A stretch of DNA of 64,000 nucleotides from Octopus sinensis (taxonomy: Eukaryota): the NCBI RefSeq assembly GCF_006345805.1, contig NC_042999.1:36766001-36830000 (forward strand), given 5' to 3'. A program made the translations under genes and the position numbers. Positions 50,760-63,775 of the stretch are shown here, one piece after another (within the stretch, counting starts at the first letter, position 1; each line of letters begins with the position of its first letter). The notes beneath the pieces were generated by a model that was given only the letters and a program-made list of their open reading frames with translations, had not been told where the DNA came from and ran no database searches.

Positions 50760-52700
50760 TACAGACTGCTTAATTGACTAAGCTATGACCTCAATGAGGA
50801 AGTCAAATGAATGGTAAAGAAAATAAAAATTAGATTAGAGGATCGACCATCTAGTTAAATAAGAAGCTTATCACACTTTGGAAAGTTACAAAGTAGGCTT
50901 CACTAATTATCTTAAATTTAGGTTAATAAACTCAGCAAAAATTGGACTAGGATTGATAAGCAACTGCAGCCAATTGAAAATCAACATTAACAACTGGAAA
51001 AAAAATCTAGACCTCAAAATGGACCAATAATAATTGTATAATGGACTAACAAAAATTACAGTTATCAGTTTGAAAATACTAGAAATAGATTTAGTTCCAA
51101 ATTTATTCAGTTTAATATTATATATTTCTTCCATTTGACATCTATATCTCTCTGGGATAGGATTATCTTATTCATCAGAAGATACACTAGCATAGATGAA
51201 ATAAATTCAGAAATAATTATGCACACCAAGACATTACTTTTTGATATGGATTCAGCCAGGATCAAAAAGTCAGAACCCACAGATTTATTTGATGTCAGTA
51301 TGGGAATAGGAGGGGCGTTCAATAAGTAATGCCCCTGACCCACTTCCCATAGCAGTAGAGCAACGAAAGTTGGCACAGTTATTAGTCTTTTTCTACATAG
51401 GAACCACCCAGAGTTACGCATTTCTCCCATCGTTTGATGCAGCTCTGGAGACCGTTTTTGTAGAAGACCCAGCTTGATCCTCCAACCACGAAGTGACTTC
51501 AGAAATCAAGGCTGCATCATCTGGGAAATGCTTTCCTTTCAAAAGCAACTTCATGGCTGGGAAAAGGTGTAAATCAGAGGGTGCAAGGTCAGGAGAATAG
51601 GGGGGATGGGGGAGGAGTTCATAGCCGCACGCCTGTGCTTCTGATCTGGCGACGCGCAAGTTGTGAACCGGAGCGTTGTCCTGCAGGAGGAGGATGCCTT
51701 TGCTGATCTTGCTCCGCCTCTTGATTTTGCACATGCAAAATTTCAGCTAGATCAAACTGCAAGTGGGTTAGAGGCATTACTTATTGAACGTCCCTCGTAT
51801 ATGATAGTGCAACTATATTTAATCTAGTAAGCTAATATATGAGAATTGTATCAAAGAATAAATTTGCTGACTCCTGCAATGGCTTGAACAAAGATGATGA
51901 GTTAGCAGTATCAAATCATAGTGGTAGCCAAACTTTAAATCTCTTTAGAAAAATAAATGTTATAAGCTTTTCTAATAATTTAGGATTAAAAATACCAGCA
52001 GCTACCTATATTAACATTGTCAAGTTCTTAGGTGTCGCAATTAACTGAGAAATAAACATATGTAAAACTTTTTATAAGCTTAATGTAAAACTCATTTATA
52101 TCAATAAATACTGCTACTAATCACCAATAGTATTTAAAAAATTAATTACCAATATAAATAGAATTTCCACCCTGCCCCCTTCCCCTCTAAAGAGAGTGTT
52201 GATAAAACATCCCTTTAATTTGGCAGACATTTATAATATCTTTAGGAAGAAATTTTCATGCACCCTCAATACACAGCTTTCACAGTCCAGGAAAAGGGAC
52301 TAATAAAATCATCTTGTTCTTACCTTCCTCTCTTTAAACATTAAAATTAATATTGGTAAGCATCTCCTAGCCTTAGTAGACAAACAATGTCCAGTAAATC
52401 ATCACTCTAAAAAGGTCTTCAATACAAACTACAATAAGATTAGTTATATGTGCTATAATTTGAAGATCTTACTTTATACTTACCTCCAATAGTAAAGAGG
52501 TTATGTGAGTGAGTCTGATGAGTAACTTATAGTGCTAAGAATAATAATAAATGTGAAACCAGTGTTCATTTTCTGACCAGCCATAACCAATGTCTATAAA
52601 AAAATATTACTGCCCAAAAGATTTTTTACAGTGTACTATTTTGGAACTTATAAACAACTAACCAACTAACATACGTACAGATATTATCATCCTTATCATC
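50760..52700 (+). mobile_element. Decayed Penelope-like element RT region, split by the mariner
   Basis: Removing the mariner and one TA restores in frame LFDVSMGIYDSATIFNLVS..GLNKDDELAV..VKFLGV, matching the PLE pattern FDVTMGSYDGAE..GLYRDDGLAV. Confidence 0.75.
51309..51797 (-). mobile_element. Internally deleted mariner retaining both TIRs
   Basis: TIRs (G/C)GAGGG(G/A)CGTTCAATAAGTAATGCC at both ends with TA flanks; LLQDNAPVH and HPPYSPDLAPSD motifs. Confidence 0.9.
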
Positions 52701-52948
52701 CTTATTTAACGTCTGTTTTCCATGCTGGCATGGGTTGGACAGTTTGACAGGAGCTGGCAAGCCAGAGAGCTGTCCAGACTCCAGTTGTCTGTTTTGGCAT
52801 GATTTCTATGACCGGATGCCCTTCCAAATGCCAACCACTTTACAGAGTGTACTGGGTGCTTTTTACATGCTACAAGCCTATGAACACTGATATAGAAGTC
52901 TTGATGCATATTACCAAACATTAATCAAAGAAACAATTCATTTTCATT

Positions 52949-52980
<32 letters not shown>

Positions 52981-53240
52981 TTAACATCTGCTTTCCTTAC
53001 TATTCTATAATAGTATGATGGTTTGACAAAGAACCAGTGTGCTGCAAGGCTGAGTCAAGTCCTTATGTCCTCCTTTAATTGTTTTCCATACTTACAGTTG
53101 AAAAAGTCTCAATGACTGAAACCAGTACTGAAATGTTTTTTATAAAATAATTTTAGCATTTTCTACCAGGACATTTTTTTCCATATATATCAACTCGTGT
53201 GTTGCTTTACAACCTTCTACATATATATATATATATATAT

Positions 53241-53399
53241 ACTGTTGTTTCTGGAGAGAGTCATTTTCTTTTTGTGCCTTATAATTTAACACAAAAAAAT
53301 AAATAAAAATTTTTTAAAAAAGAAACAAGTGGAAATTTTACCGGTGAGTGTATTAAATTATAAGGCACAGAAAGAAAATGACTCTCCCAAACACAACAG
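53241..53399. repeat. Fold-back element, about 50-bp arms
   Basis: GAGAGTCATTTTCTTT.TGTGCCTTATAATTTAA inverted at 53256-53289 and 53352-53386; (TA)n precedes. Confidence 0.82.
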
Positions 53400-54042
53400 A
53401 ATATGCTTCAACACATGAACTCATATAAAGAATCTTGCAAACCAAATCCAAAAACGATATGTGTGTGTGTGTGTGTCTGTCTGTCTGTGTATGTGTGTGT
53501 GTGTGTGTGTGTGCGCGCACGTGTGTGTGTGTGCGTGCATGTGTGTGTGTGTCTTTGTGTCTGTATTTATCCCCCACCACCACTTTACAACCAGTGTTGA
53601 TGCATTTACATCCTCATAATTGAGGAGTTCAGCAAAGCAAATCAATAGAATAAGCACCAGGGCTTAAAAAAAAGTAAGTCCTTGAGTTGATATGTTTGAG
53701 GCAGTGTCCCAGCATGGCTGCAGTCAAGTGACTGAAACTAGTAAAAGATTAAAAGATAAAATGCTAAATCACATTGCCAACTTCATTAAATAATTTTGAG
53801 TCGTGTGATATAACGATAATGCTGACAATGAAAGAAGTTTCAAGATATACCAATAACATAGCAGTAACCTTAGAAGCTCTGATTATCAATAACCTAGATA
53901 AGACATATCTATTACAGTATGGTGAAGCTGTAATAATATGGCCAACCTTGTTTATATCCGTGTCATTAGAAACCACCCATTGTGTTTTATGGATCTTATT
54001 ACTGAAGTATACTGCAATGATTTGAAGGGTTTCTGGACATCA

Positions 54043-54150
54043 TAGGTGCAGGCTTGGCTTTATACATGCAAGCTTGGTTTATACGTGCAGGCTTAGCTTT
54101 ATACATGCAGGCTTGACTTTATAGACACAGGTTTGGCTTTATAGGTGTAG
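54043..54150. repeat. 20-bp minisatellite, about 5 units
   Basis: ATACATGCAGGCTTGGCTTT repeated, running into a SINE head. Confidence 0.8.
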
Positions 54151-54840
54151 GTATGGCTGTGTGGTAGGAAGTTTGTTGTAGGCAATGGTGTGACTGAGTG
54201 GGAAGTTTGCTTCCTAACCACATGATTCTGGGTGTAGTGTGTGCGAGATTCGAATATAAAGGCACCTACCTTCTCTTCGCTCTGATAGAGACCCTTCAGT
54301 GGTAACGGATCCTTCGTCACAGCCCCGACCCGAACGCTAAGGATAGCAGCTGCTTCACCCAACCTTAGCAACATCTTCACACGTCTTAACACCTCGACGA
54401 CCCTCGTTCGAAAGGCCGAAATCGCTGCTCCCTGCACGCACCTCACGGCTGCTCCTTCCAGTTGCCCCAACTTCCGGTCAACGCACCCAGATGCTGACGT
54501 CATCCCACACTGGGTTCAATCCCACTGCATAGCACCTTGGCCAAGTGTCTTCTGCTATAGCTTCAGGCTGACCAAAGCCTTGTGAGTGGATTTGGTAATG
54601 AAAACTGAAAGAAGCCTATCATGTTTGTGTGTCCATGTTTGTCTCCACCACTACCTGACAACCAGTGTTGGTATGTTTATGTCCCCATAACAGTGATTCA
54701 GTAAAAGAGACCAATAGAATATGTAGCAGGCTTAGCAAAAAATTTAAGTACTGGGGTCGATTCATTCAACTAAAAATTCTTCAAGGCAAATGCTCCAGCA
54801 TGGCCACAATCTAATGACTGAAACAAGTAAAAGAAGAAAA
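54145..54840 (+). mobile_element. SINE family A interrupted by a solo LTR
   Basis: Head breaks at CATGATTCTGGG and resumes CTGGGTTCAATCCCACTG at 54510. Confidence 0.85.
54233..54509. mobile_element. Solo LTR, 277 bp
   Basis: TG..CA ends (TGTAG/CCACA); 5-bp TSD CTGGG at 54228-54232 and 54510-54514; GC/CpG-rich; splits a SINE head. Confidence 0.85.
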
Positions 54841-55247
54841 AGATGCATAAATAAATAAACAATTGCAGCATGGAAGACACGTTATTTATTAAACAGTGCC
54901 AAAACTTTCATTGCTTGAACTGCAACATGATTGATCAGGTTGGTCTACCAATCCCTCCTTAAGGTTTTGGTCAAACCAAGGCTATATATTAGTAGAAGAC
55001 ACTTGCCCAAGGTACCATGCAGTAGGATTGGACCCAGAAAATTATAGTTGGGAAACAAACTTCTTACCACACGGCTACGCCTGCATCTATCCTCAATAAT
55101 TTTTAGTTCTTTTTACAGGATTAGATTTGGGGGGGGGGGTCTCAAAAATTTGAAAGAAATTTCTTTATTTCAAAAACGACAAAATTTTAAACAATTTTTA
55201 AGATTTATCTTTGCATATTTGAAATTAGGATGTTCAAAAATATATTC

Positions 55248-55622
55248 ATGCAGGAGTGGCTTGTGGTAAGTATCTTGCTTACCAACCACATGGTTCTAGG
55301 TCTAGTCCCACTGCATGGCACCTTGGGCAAGTGTCTTCTACTATAGCCTCGGGCCAACCAAAGCCTTGTGAGTCGATTTGGTAGATGGAAACTGAAAGAA
55401 GCCCAGCGTGTGTGTGTGTGTGTGTGTTTGTCTCCCCACCATCGCTTGACAACTGATGCTGCTGTGTTTACATCCCTGTAACTTAGCAGTTTGGCAAAAT
55501 AGACTGATAGAATAAGTACTAGGATTACAAAGTATAAGTCCCGGGGTTGAGTTGTTTGACTAAAGGCAGTGCTCCAGCATGGCCACAGTCAAATGACTGA
55601 AACAAATAAAAGAGTTAAAGAG
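55248..55622 (+). mobile_element. SINE family A, full length
   Basis: Colinear with other copies; further partial copies at 6849-6997(-), 15290-15540(-), 16340-16500(-), 53570-53760(+), 54950-55085(-), 55945-56160(+), 63045-63200(+). Confidence 0.85.
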
Positions 55623-56101
55623 TATGCCAAATATTAGACTTTAAGTATAAAATAGCAAAATGCTAGGTTGAAGTGCATGATCTGAAACTCTTAAAAGAGA
55701 TTTTACATTTATTTCTAGCAGATTGGATGACCACATTGTCTCCCTGGTTGTAGGTGGGCCAAGTGAATTCTAGTATCTTTATACAACTTGAAGCAATAAC
55801 AAAGTCATTTATTATTGTTTAATTGAAATAGTTTAATTAAGATAATAATAGATTCTGTGCCATAAATAAATTCTGAAATACAAATATTTAAAAAATAGAA
55901 GAAATAGAAATAAAAATACGTGTAACAGAAATGAATATATTGGTGCATGTATGGCTGTGGTGGTAAAGAAACTCACTTTGTAACCATGTGGTCTGAGGTT
56001 CAGTTCCACTGCATGGTACCTTGGGCAAGTGTCTTCTACTATAGCCCTAGGCTGACAATTGCCTTGTGAGTGAATTTAGTAAATGGAAACTGTGGAAGCC
56101 C

Positions 56102-56152
<51 letters not shown>

Positions 56153-56879
56153 TTGTGCCTGTCTTTGTCCTATATACTGAATCTTTATATATTGAAAGAG
56201 TAATTTTAAACTTTCAGAATGACAGGAAAAAAAAAAAAGGAAATTCAAAAGAAACTAAGTATCTTTCATTATTTTGCCATTTTCATTTTGGTTTTACATT
56301 TCATTTGAATTGTTTTTTAATGAATTGGGAAATCCTCTTGCTTCATGTGATCTGCAGAGTGGGTTTATTTATGAAATATGATACAGTGGTTTAAACCTCT
56401 TCATTCCATATGAATTAGCTTGGAAAATGATATAACTTCTGGTCACGTAATTCTAAAACTAGTCATACAGATAGGACCAGTAAAAGATTCATAACATTGA
56501 GTTCTCACGTATAAGGTGAACCTCTTATTCTCAAGTTCAAACATCTAAGGTGGGGTATTATACACAAATAAATATGGTAAAATGAAATGACTTTAACTCA
56601 CAAAGGCTTCATCACAGGTCGTTTGAATCAAATACCAATTTAGAGCTAAACAACAATAATGATAATTAACACAACTCAGTCCACTAAATTAACATAGGAA
56701 CTTCTATGAAGCCATTTAACCTAATTAATGTGATAGTCAAATCTTACTTAGCAACCACATTACTATCTACAGTTGAGAATGGCATGTTTGTTCATGGCAT
56801 CCTTCTGAATTACTATAAATATTTATCTGTTATTTGACTCAATTGTTCTATTGTCAAACTTATCTCACTTTGTTAGCCA

Positions 56880-58050
56880 CGTGGTTCTAGATAATACCTA
56901 AATATCCTGAGATGCAATTTGGTTTTATGCCAAGGAGAAGCACCACTGATAGTAAGGCAGCTGCAGGAGAAGTACCCAGCCAAAAATAAACCTCTGTACT
57001 TGGCTTTTGTTGACATGGAAAAGCCTTTGACAGGTTCCCCTGATCCCTTATCTGGTAGTCATTGCAGAAACTAGGAATAGAGGAGTCACTAGTGAGAGCT
57101 GTACAAACCATATGCAGGGACACTGTCAGTAAGATGAAGGTGGGCAATGAGCACAGTAATGAATTCAGTGTACAAGTAAGAGTTCACCAAGGATCAGTCC
57201 TCAGCTACTTTTTGTTCATCATAGTCCTCCAGTTGATAACAGAGGAATTTAAGACAGCCTGCACTTGGGAGCTTCTCTATGCGATTACCTTGTTCTTATA
57301 GCTGAATCACTACCAGAACTGGAGAAAAATTTCAGGTGTGAAAGCAAGGTCTGGAATCAAAGGGCTTTAGAGTAAATTTAATAAAAACCAAAGTCTTAGC
57401 AAGTAGGAAAGAAGACAAATCATAAATCCCTTCAGGTAGATGACCCTGCTTGACATGTAGAAAAGCATTGGTAGAAACTCTTTAAGGTGTACCTGATGCA
57501 AGCAATGGACACATAAGAGGTACAGCAATATCAGAGGAAGGTTAACGGGGAAAATAGTCTTTGTGTGTGGCAGATGCACAGGTACGACAAACCCTAGAAA
57601 TATACAGAAATTGATTCCATCAAGTGCCAGAGGGGATACCTAGAAGTAGTCAATAACTTTCATTATCTAGATGACTAAGTCAGCAGTGGAGGTGGATGCT
57701 CTGAGAGTGTAGCTGCTAGCATAAGAATAAGCTGGGTGAAGTTCAGAGAGCTTCTACTTTTGTTGGCAACAAAGAAAAACCCCTCTCCCTCAGAGTGAAA
57801 GGCAGATTGTATGATGCTTGTGTGCAAATAGCTGTGCTACACAATTGTGAAATATGGACTGCGACTGCAGAGGATTTGTGAAGGCTCGAAAGAATTAAAT
57901 TTAGTATGCTTCACTGGATTTTCAATGTCAGTGTGCATGTATGACAGAATATGTCTTGGGCGAGGCACAAGATGTGGTGTGAAAGAGAGGCAACTACACT
58001 GGTATGGACATGTGATGTGTATGAATGAGGACAGCTACATAAAGAGGTGC
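56880..58050 (+). mobile_element. Decayed RTE-clade LINE RT
   Basis: QFGFMPRRSTTD, LAFVDMEK, VHQGSVLS..LFIIVL, WELLYA, LHWYGHVM. Confidence 0.85.
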
Positions 58051-58052
58051 TG

Positions 58053-58093
<41 letters not shown>

Positions 58094-59594
58094 GATATAT
58101 ATATATTTGGATATATATATATATATATATATTTGGCGTTGTTATTTGACATTGTTGAAAACCTGGTCACTTTGTACCCAGAACAGTGGCCTTTGACTTC
58201 CTAAGGCAATAAAAACTGGAGACAAAATTTTTTCTTAAAAACAAGGTGTGCACACGCATGTTCACACACACACATACACACAGAATTTTGTGTGAGTGTA
58301 TGTATCTGCCTATGTACATATATAGGGACACAGATATTGTTTGCTTACTGTCACCAAGCATCTCAATTCTTCACTTGCAACTAGTCTGGGATCAAGGTAT
58401 TTCATTTTGCAAGGTACTATTTCCCCTTGAATTTGTGATTTCAGAGAAAGGTAAGAAATTCTTCATATTTTGCATCTTTGGTATTTTAACTTTACAGTTT
58501 GATTTGTAGAATTGTCTATCCAATCAAAATATTGAACAGTGAAATAGAGAATTTAAAAAAGGCTTTTTTGATTGTTATCAAGTCTTTGAGAACATTCATG
58601 TCAATTATTCAAAAATGTGTAATTTGAAATAGTTTGCTTTCGTTTTGGACTGATAATTTGTTGTATTTTAATGATCTTGAATAAACTTCCTCATATACAA
58701 AAGCTGAGATAACTATACTTCACAGTTGTTATTTTGAAATGCTTGTCTTCTGATATTTACAAATCCATTGAATAAATATTCAACCCTATTAAATGTTGGC
58801 CTTCTTAAACATGAAATAATATGATAGTTCCAGCTCTAAATAAATTTAACTTGTACTTTAGTATAACATGAAATATTGAACTTCAGAGAGAATAAAGTAA
58901 AATATAGCTATGAATAAAAGGTGCATAGATTATGAATTTTGATTGAAGAGATGGGGCCTTGAAACAAAAAGTTGCAGGGGGCCTCTAAAAGCCATGCAAT
59001 GGCCCTGCCAGTGACACACAAAATCACCCGTATCAATAATATATAAATGTACCCATGCTGGTGACACATAAAAGCACACGTGCCAGTGACATGTAAAAGG
59101 TACCCACTACACTTTCAGAGTGGTTGGCATTAGGAAAGGCATCCAGCCTTAGAAACTAAGCTGAAATCAAACTGGAACTTAGTGCAGCTCTCTGGCTTAC
59201 CAGTTCCAGACAAACCATCTAACCCATACCAGCATGGAAAGTGGACGTTAAATGATGATGATGATGATGATGATGACGATGACGATGATGGTGTGTGTGT
59301 GTTCGCACAAGCGTGCGTGTGTGTGTGTGTGTGCAATGTGTGCATGCACGCACGTGTACTTTGAAGGTTTGCCCTGACATCTCATCACTGCAATTTCATC
59401 TCTCCAAATCCACTCCAATTACTCTCCTCCTCTCTCTTATAATGTGAGAAATCATGTGATTCCTCAACAGCAAGAAACCTGTACTATTCCGGCCCATTCT
59501 TTCATACTTTAACCTCTTATCTCCTTGCATAAAGCCACCTCCCTCTCTACTGTAGCCCCATTCAGTCAAAGAGGATTTAAGTCTTGCAAGCTGT

Positions 59595-60005
59595 ATACTC
59601 TTTACTCTTTTACTTGATTCAGTCATGTGACTGTGGCCATGCTAGAGCACCACCTTTAGTCGATCAAATCGACCCCAGGACTTATTCTTTGTAAGCCTAG
59701 TACTTATTCTATCGGTCTCTTTTTGCCGAACCGCTAAGTTACGGGGATGTATACACACCAGCATCGGTTGTTAAGTGATGTTGGGGGGACAAACACAGAC
59801 ACACAAACATGCACATACACATATATATATATACATATATACGACGGGCTTCTTTCAGTTTCCGTCTACCAAATCCACTCACAAGGCTTTGGTCGGCCCG
59901 AGGCTATAGTAGAAGACACTTACCCAAGGTGCCACGCAGTGGGACTGAACCCGGAACCATGTGGTTCGTAAGCAAGCTACTTACCACACAGCCACTCCTG
60001 CGCCT
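59595..60005 (-). mobile_element. SINE family A, full length
   Basis: Reverse complement of family A. Confidence 0.9.
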
Positions 60006-60261
60006 ATGTATGGTGACTTTATTAGTACAGGTGTCACAAACATAGTACCCAGTACAGTATGTTAAGTGGATGGTATTAGGGAGGGCATACAGCCATAGAA
60101 ACCATGCCAAAACACACAATTGGAGCCTGGACAGATCTCTGGCTGGCCAGCTCCTGACAAACCATGCTAGAATGGAAGATGGACATTAAATGATGATGAT
60201 AACGTGTATTTGTGTATATAAATGTGTGTGTTGGCATATGTGATCGTGTGTGTACCGTTGG

Positions 60262-60445
60262 CGATTTTTTTTCCTCTGTCTTCCCTTCTCTGGATCTTTC
60301 TTTCTTCTATGTTTCCGACGAAGAGCTCCGCTTGAAACGTTAAACCCTCCTTCTTTCCTGAGCATCCAATAATACTATATTTGTTCCACGTCCTCGCGTT
60401 GTTGTGTTTTTTTGTGCTTTCATGTTTGGATTAACTTTATATGTC
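60262..60445 (+). mobile_element. Short non-coding dispersed repeat carrying a hammerhead motif; second copy 63690-63885
   Basis: About 180 bp colinear between the two loci. Confidence 0.78.
60311..60345 (+). ncRNA. 35-nt minimal hammerhead-like motif in a short dispersed repeat
   Basis: GUUU/AAAC; CCGACGA plus extra A; GAGC/GCUU; GAAA; stem III ACGU. Confidence 0.62.
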
Positions 60446-60771
60446 TATATATGTGGATACATTTATTTGTTTACATATATGTATGCATATATGTATGATT
60501 GTGTTTGTGTGTGTGCATGTGTGTGTGTGTGTGCTTTCATATTAGCAAGAACTAGCTTTTCAAGTACATTAAGAGGAATTAAAACTGAAGTTGAATGAAA
60601 AGTCAAGCAAATCCATTAGCTCACAGATAAAACGTATCCTTTCAAAAAGGCCACCTGTGCCAATAACAATTGCTTTGTATACAAAAGTAATCCAAAGAAA
60701 AAGTATAACGCTATAAATGCTGTACATCCAAATGAAAGACACGGAAGAATACCACCTCAGATTATATAGAT

Positions 60772-61039
60772 CAGTGGTTCTCAACTAGTGTCAATATGGA
60801 CCTTTGGGTGGGGGTGGGGAGTCCATATAAGATTTTGTTGTTAAAATTCATCTGCAATAAATTGCTTATAATTCTACAATACACAAAATATTTAAATCTG
60901 TTATACAATTCCTAATGATGTTTAAGTATAAAAATACAGTATTTTTTTTTTTTTACATACACTGAATGGCTATGGAGGTTCAGTGGAGTGAAATAGGAAT
61001 CAAAGGTTTTCATTAGCAAAAAATGGTTGAGAACCACTG
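60772..61039. mobile_element. hAT-type MITE, same family as 38782
   Basis: TIR CAGTGGTTCTCAAC / GTTGAGAACCACTG; TSD ATATAG(A/T)T, 7 of 8 match. Confidence 0.85.
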
Positions 61040-61456
61040 ATATAGTTAAAACAGCCTGTAACATATAAGAAAGAAGAGAAGATCACCGGCACGAGTATAA
61101 GGGAAAGAAAGCAACATCACTCCTCTACCAACAATGTTGAAGTAAAAACTCTATCAATGCACCCACATAACCTCACATTAAAACAACTAGAGGAAGTAAT
61201 ATATGCATTAGAGACGGAAAATTTACTCAACAGAAAATATGAATGAAATAACAACCCCACATTACTCCAGACATAAATATCAACCATATATCCATATATG
61301 TACATATATATGTATATGTGATTGTATATGTATGTATATGTAGAATTTCATATATGCATATATCAGTATATGTGTGCATATTTGTGTTTGTATATGAGTG
61401 TACAGGTATGCACTTATATATGTGAATGAATATATTTATATATATATATATAATAT

Positions 61457-61488
<32 letters not shown>

Positions 61489-62436
61489 AGATAGGTATTC
61501 TCGGGAAAAAATAGAAAAATGACAGAAGTTCAGTGGTTTTTATAATGTTTTTGTTTGCCTATTTACTTTTTAGTGGGGATTTCATATTTTCATATGAGTT
61601 CCTTAATGTTTATTTGAAGTAGTAAACTTCAACGGTCTTATCTTTAAAATGAAGTGCCTCTTTATTGTAGGCATGAGATAATGTGACTGGCTTAGGTTTT
61701 GCTAATGGAATTTCAATTCTGACTATAAAATGTATATGTCACAAGTAGATGTATATATGTTTAGATTTATTTGTGACTCATGTTTATTTTTCATTGTGAT
61801 GGGTTATAAGTATTGTTCCCATCATTGTCTATTATTCTAATTCTGTAGATTATAAATATGTTGTCAGCTAAGGTTTTTTCCATCTACTTTACTTGGGTTG
61901 TGCAATGCTGTGCATTGCAATTGGTTCCTTGATGTAAGTTCATGGCAAGTTCATAGGACAGTGTCACACTTTTATGGGCAATACAGTAGTTATAGTCATG
62001 AAGTTTATAACTTTCCCATTTGCAATCATATTTGTAAACCACATTTATCATTAGTAACTTGTTATCAGGTTAACATACCTGTGGTCAGTTACTAATAAGG
62101 AAGTTTATAATTGTAGTGTTTTTTTAATATATCAGTGTTAGTTTACAGTTTGATGCAATGCACTTTGAGGCCAGCATTAGAAATCTTTTGACAATATGTT
62201 TATCTGTTCTTTGTTAGTATGTATGTGGTTCATATAATATACTTCATGTAATATAATATACTTCATATAATATACGCCATACATATAAGAGAGATGACTG
62301 CTAAGTGGACATCCATTATGCTAGAAGTTGATCCTCTATGGTCTTACCACTAAGAAAGGTATGTTCTCAAGAAAATTTAGCAAATGCCAAAATGTAAGCA
62401 AGCAGGACAAATGAAAAGATACAAAATATACAGATT

Positions 62437-62509
62437 AATCACAAACTAGTTTCGTTGTTACCACTTACGTAATCACTTACATAGATGTCTGCAACTCATC
62501 AGGGTGATC
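62437..62509 (-). ncRNA. Type I hammerhead ribozyme motif with canonical core
   Basis: Stem I AUCAC/GUGAU with a C-U mismatch at the core; CUGAUGA; stem II GUUG/CAAC; GAAA; palindromic stem III ACUAGU; GUU site. Confidence 0.82.
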
Positions 62510-62528
62510 GTCATAACAAAATATAATT

Positions 62529-62673
62529 TGCAGAACTATACATGAAACGTCCACATGAGATTGAATATGTGTATAGTTCTACCAATTACATTTGGGAAAT
62601 TTAACCCCAAATGTAAATGGTAGAACTATATACATGTTCAATTTCATGCGGACGTCTCGTGTATAGTTCTGCA
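62529..62673. repeat. Long imperfect hairpin, 68-bp arms, 9-nt loop
   Basis: 62529-62596 versus 62606-62673; mismatches mostly transitions; lies between a hammerhead and (TA)n. Confidence 0.85.
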
Positions 62674-62711
<38 letters not shown>

Positions 62712-63237
62712 TGCAAAGAACACATAAGAAAAAATAAAAAGACATAAAAACATAGACAACTGTTGTGTCTTCAACACATATTTAAAAGAAAAGCTCTTCC
62801 CTATACATACAGACACACACACACACACACAAGCACACACACACATACATGCATACATACATGCATACATACATACATACATGCATGCATGCATACATAC
62901 ATACATACATACATACATACATACATACATACATACATACATACATGCATACATGCATACATACATACATACATACATACATACATACATGCATACATAC
63001 ATACATGCATTTCTTGGTGAGAGTATGTATTTGGTTGTGTGTATTGGCAGGTCTCTGTGGTTAACAGGTTTGCTTCCCAACCATATGGTTTTGGATTCAA
63101 TCCTACTGTGAAGCGCCCACGATATATATCTTCTACTATAGCTCATGGATGACCAAAATCTTGCAAGTGGATTTGGTTGACAGAAACTGAAAGAAGCCCA
63201 TTGGGTGTGTGTGTGTGTACATACATACATACATACA

Positions 63238-63283
<46 letters not shown>

Positions 63284-63740
63284 ATCGTTTGTAGAAATAT
63301 GGGGTTACGTGGGTTTCTTGCTCATAAGAGGTTGAGCCTTACAGTGTGTCTTCAAACCCTAAACACTGCTGTGACACTACAACCAGAAACCAATAGCCAA
63401 GGCCAAAGGGAGACAACAGTTTACCTTCATGGTGCTTTGGTGACTGCAAGATGGCAGCATGGTCAAAGATTGAAGGACAATGGCAAAGGAAGAGTATCAC
63501 CTAGGGTTTTACCCTTAAAAACAAGACTTTTTCCCCCTCCATATTTTAAAGAGGTCTCAAGCCAGCAGTGTTTGGGATCTGAAGATATACCATAAGGCTG
63601 AACCACTTATGAGCGAGAAGCTCAGGGTGTCCCCATAAACTGGCCAACCCACTTCCGGTCTTTCAAAATGTGACCTCGTGTGTACCATTAACGATTTATT
63701 TTCCTCTGTCTTCCCTCCTCTGGATCTTTCCTTCTCCTAT

Positions 63741-63775
63741 GTTTCCAACGAAGAGCTCCGCTCGAAATGTTAAAC
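63741..63775 (+). ncRNA. Degenerate copy of the 60311 hammerhead-like motif
   Basis: CCAACGA core, GAGC/GCUC stem II, GAAA, ATGT in place of ACGT. Confidence 0.5.

Noticed and set aside
54099-54503. 134-aa minus ORF
   Set aside because: It lies across a solo LTR and a SINE head; open only because of high GC
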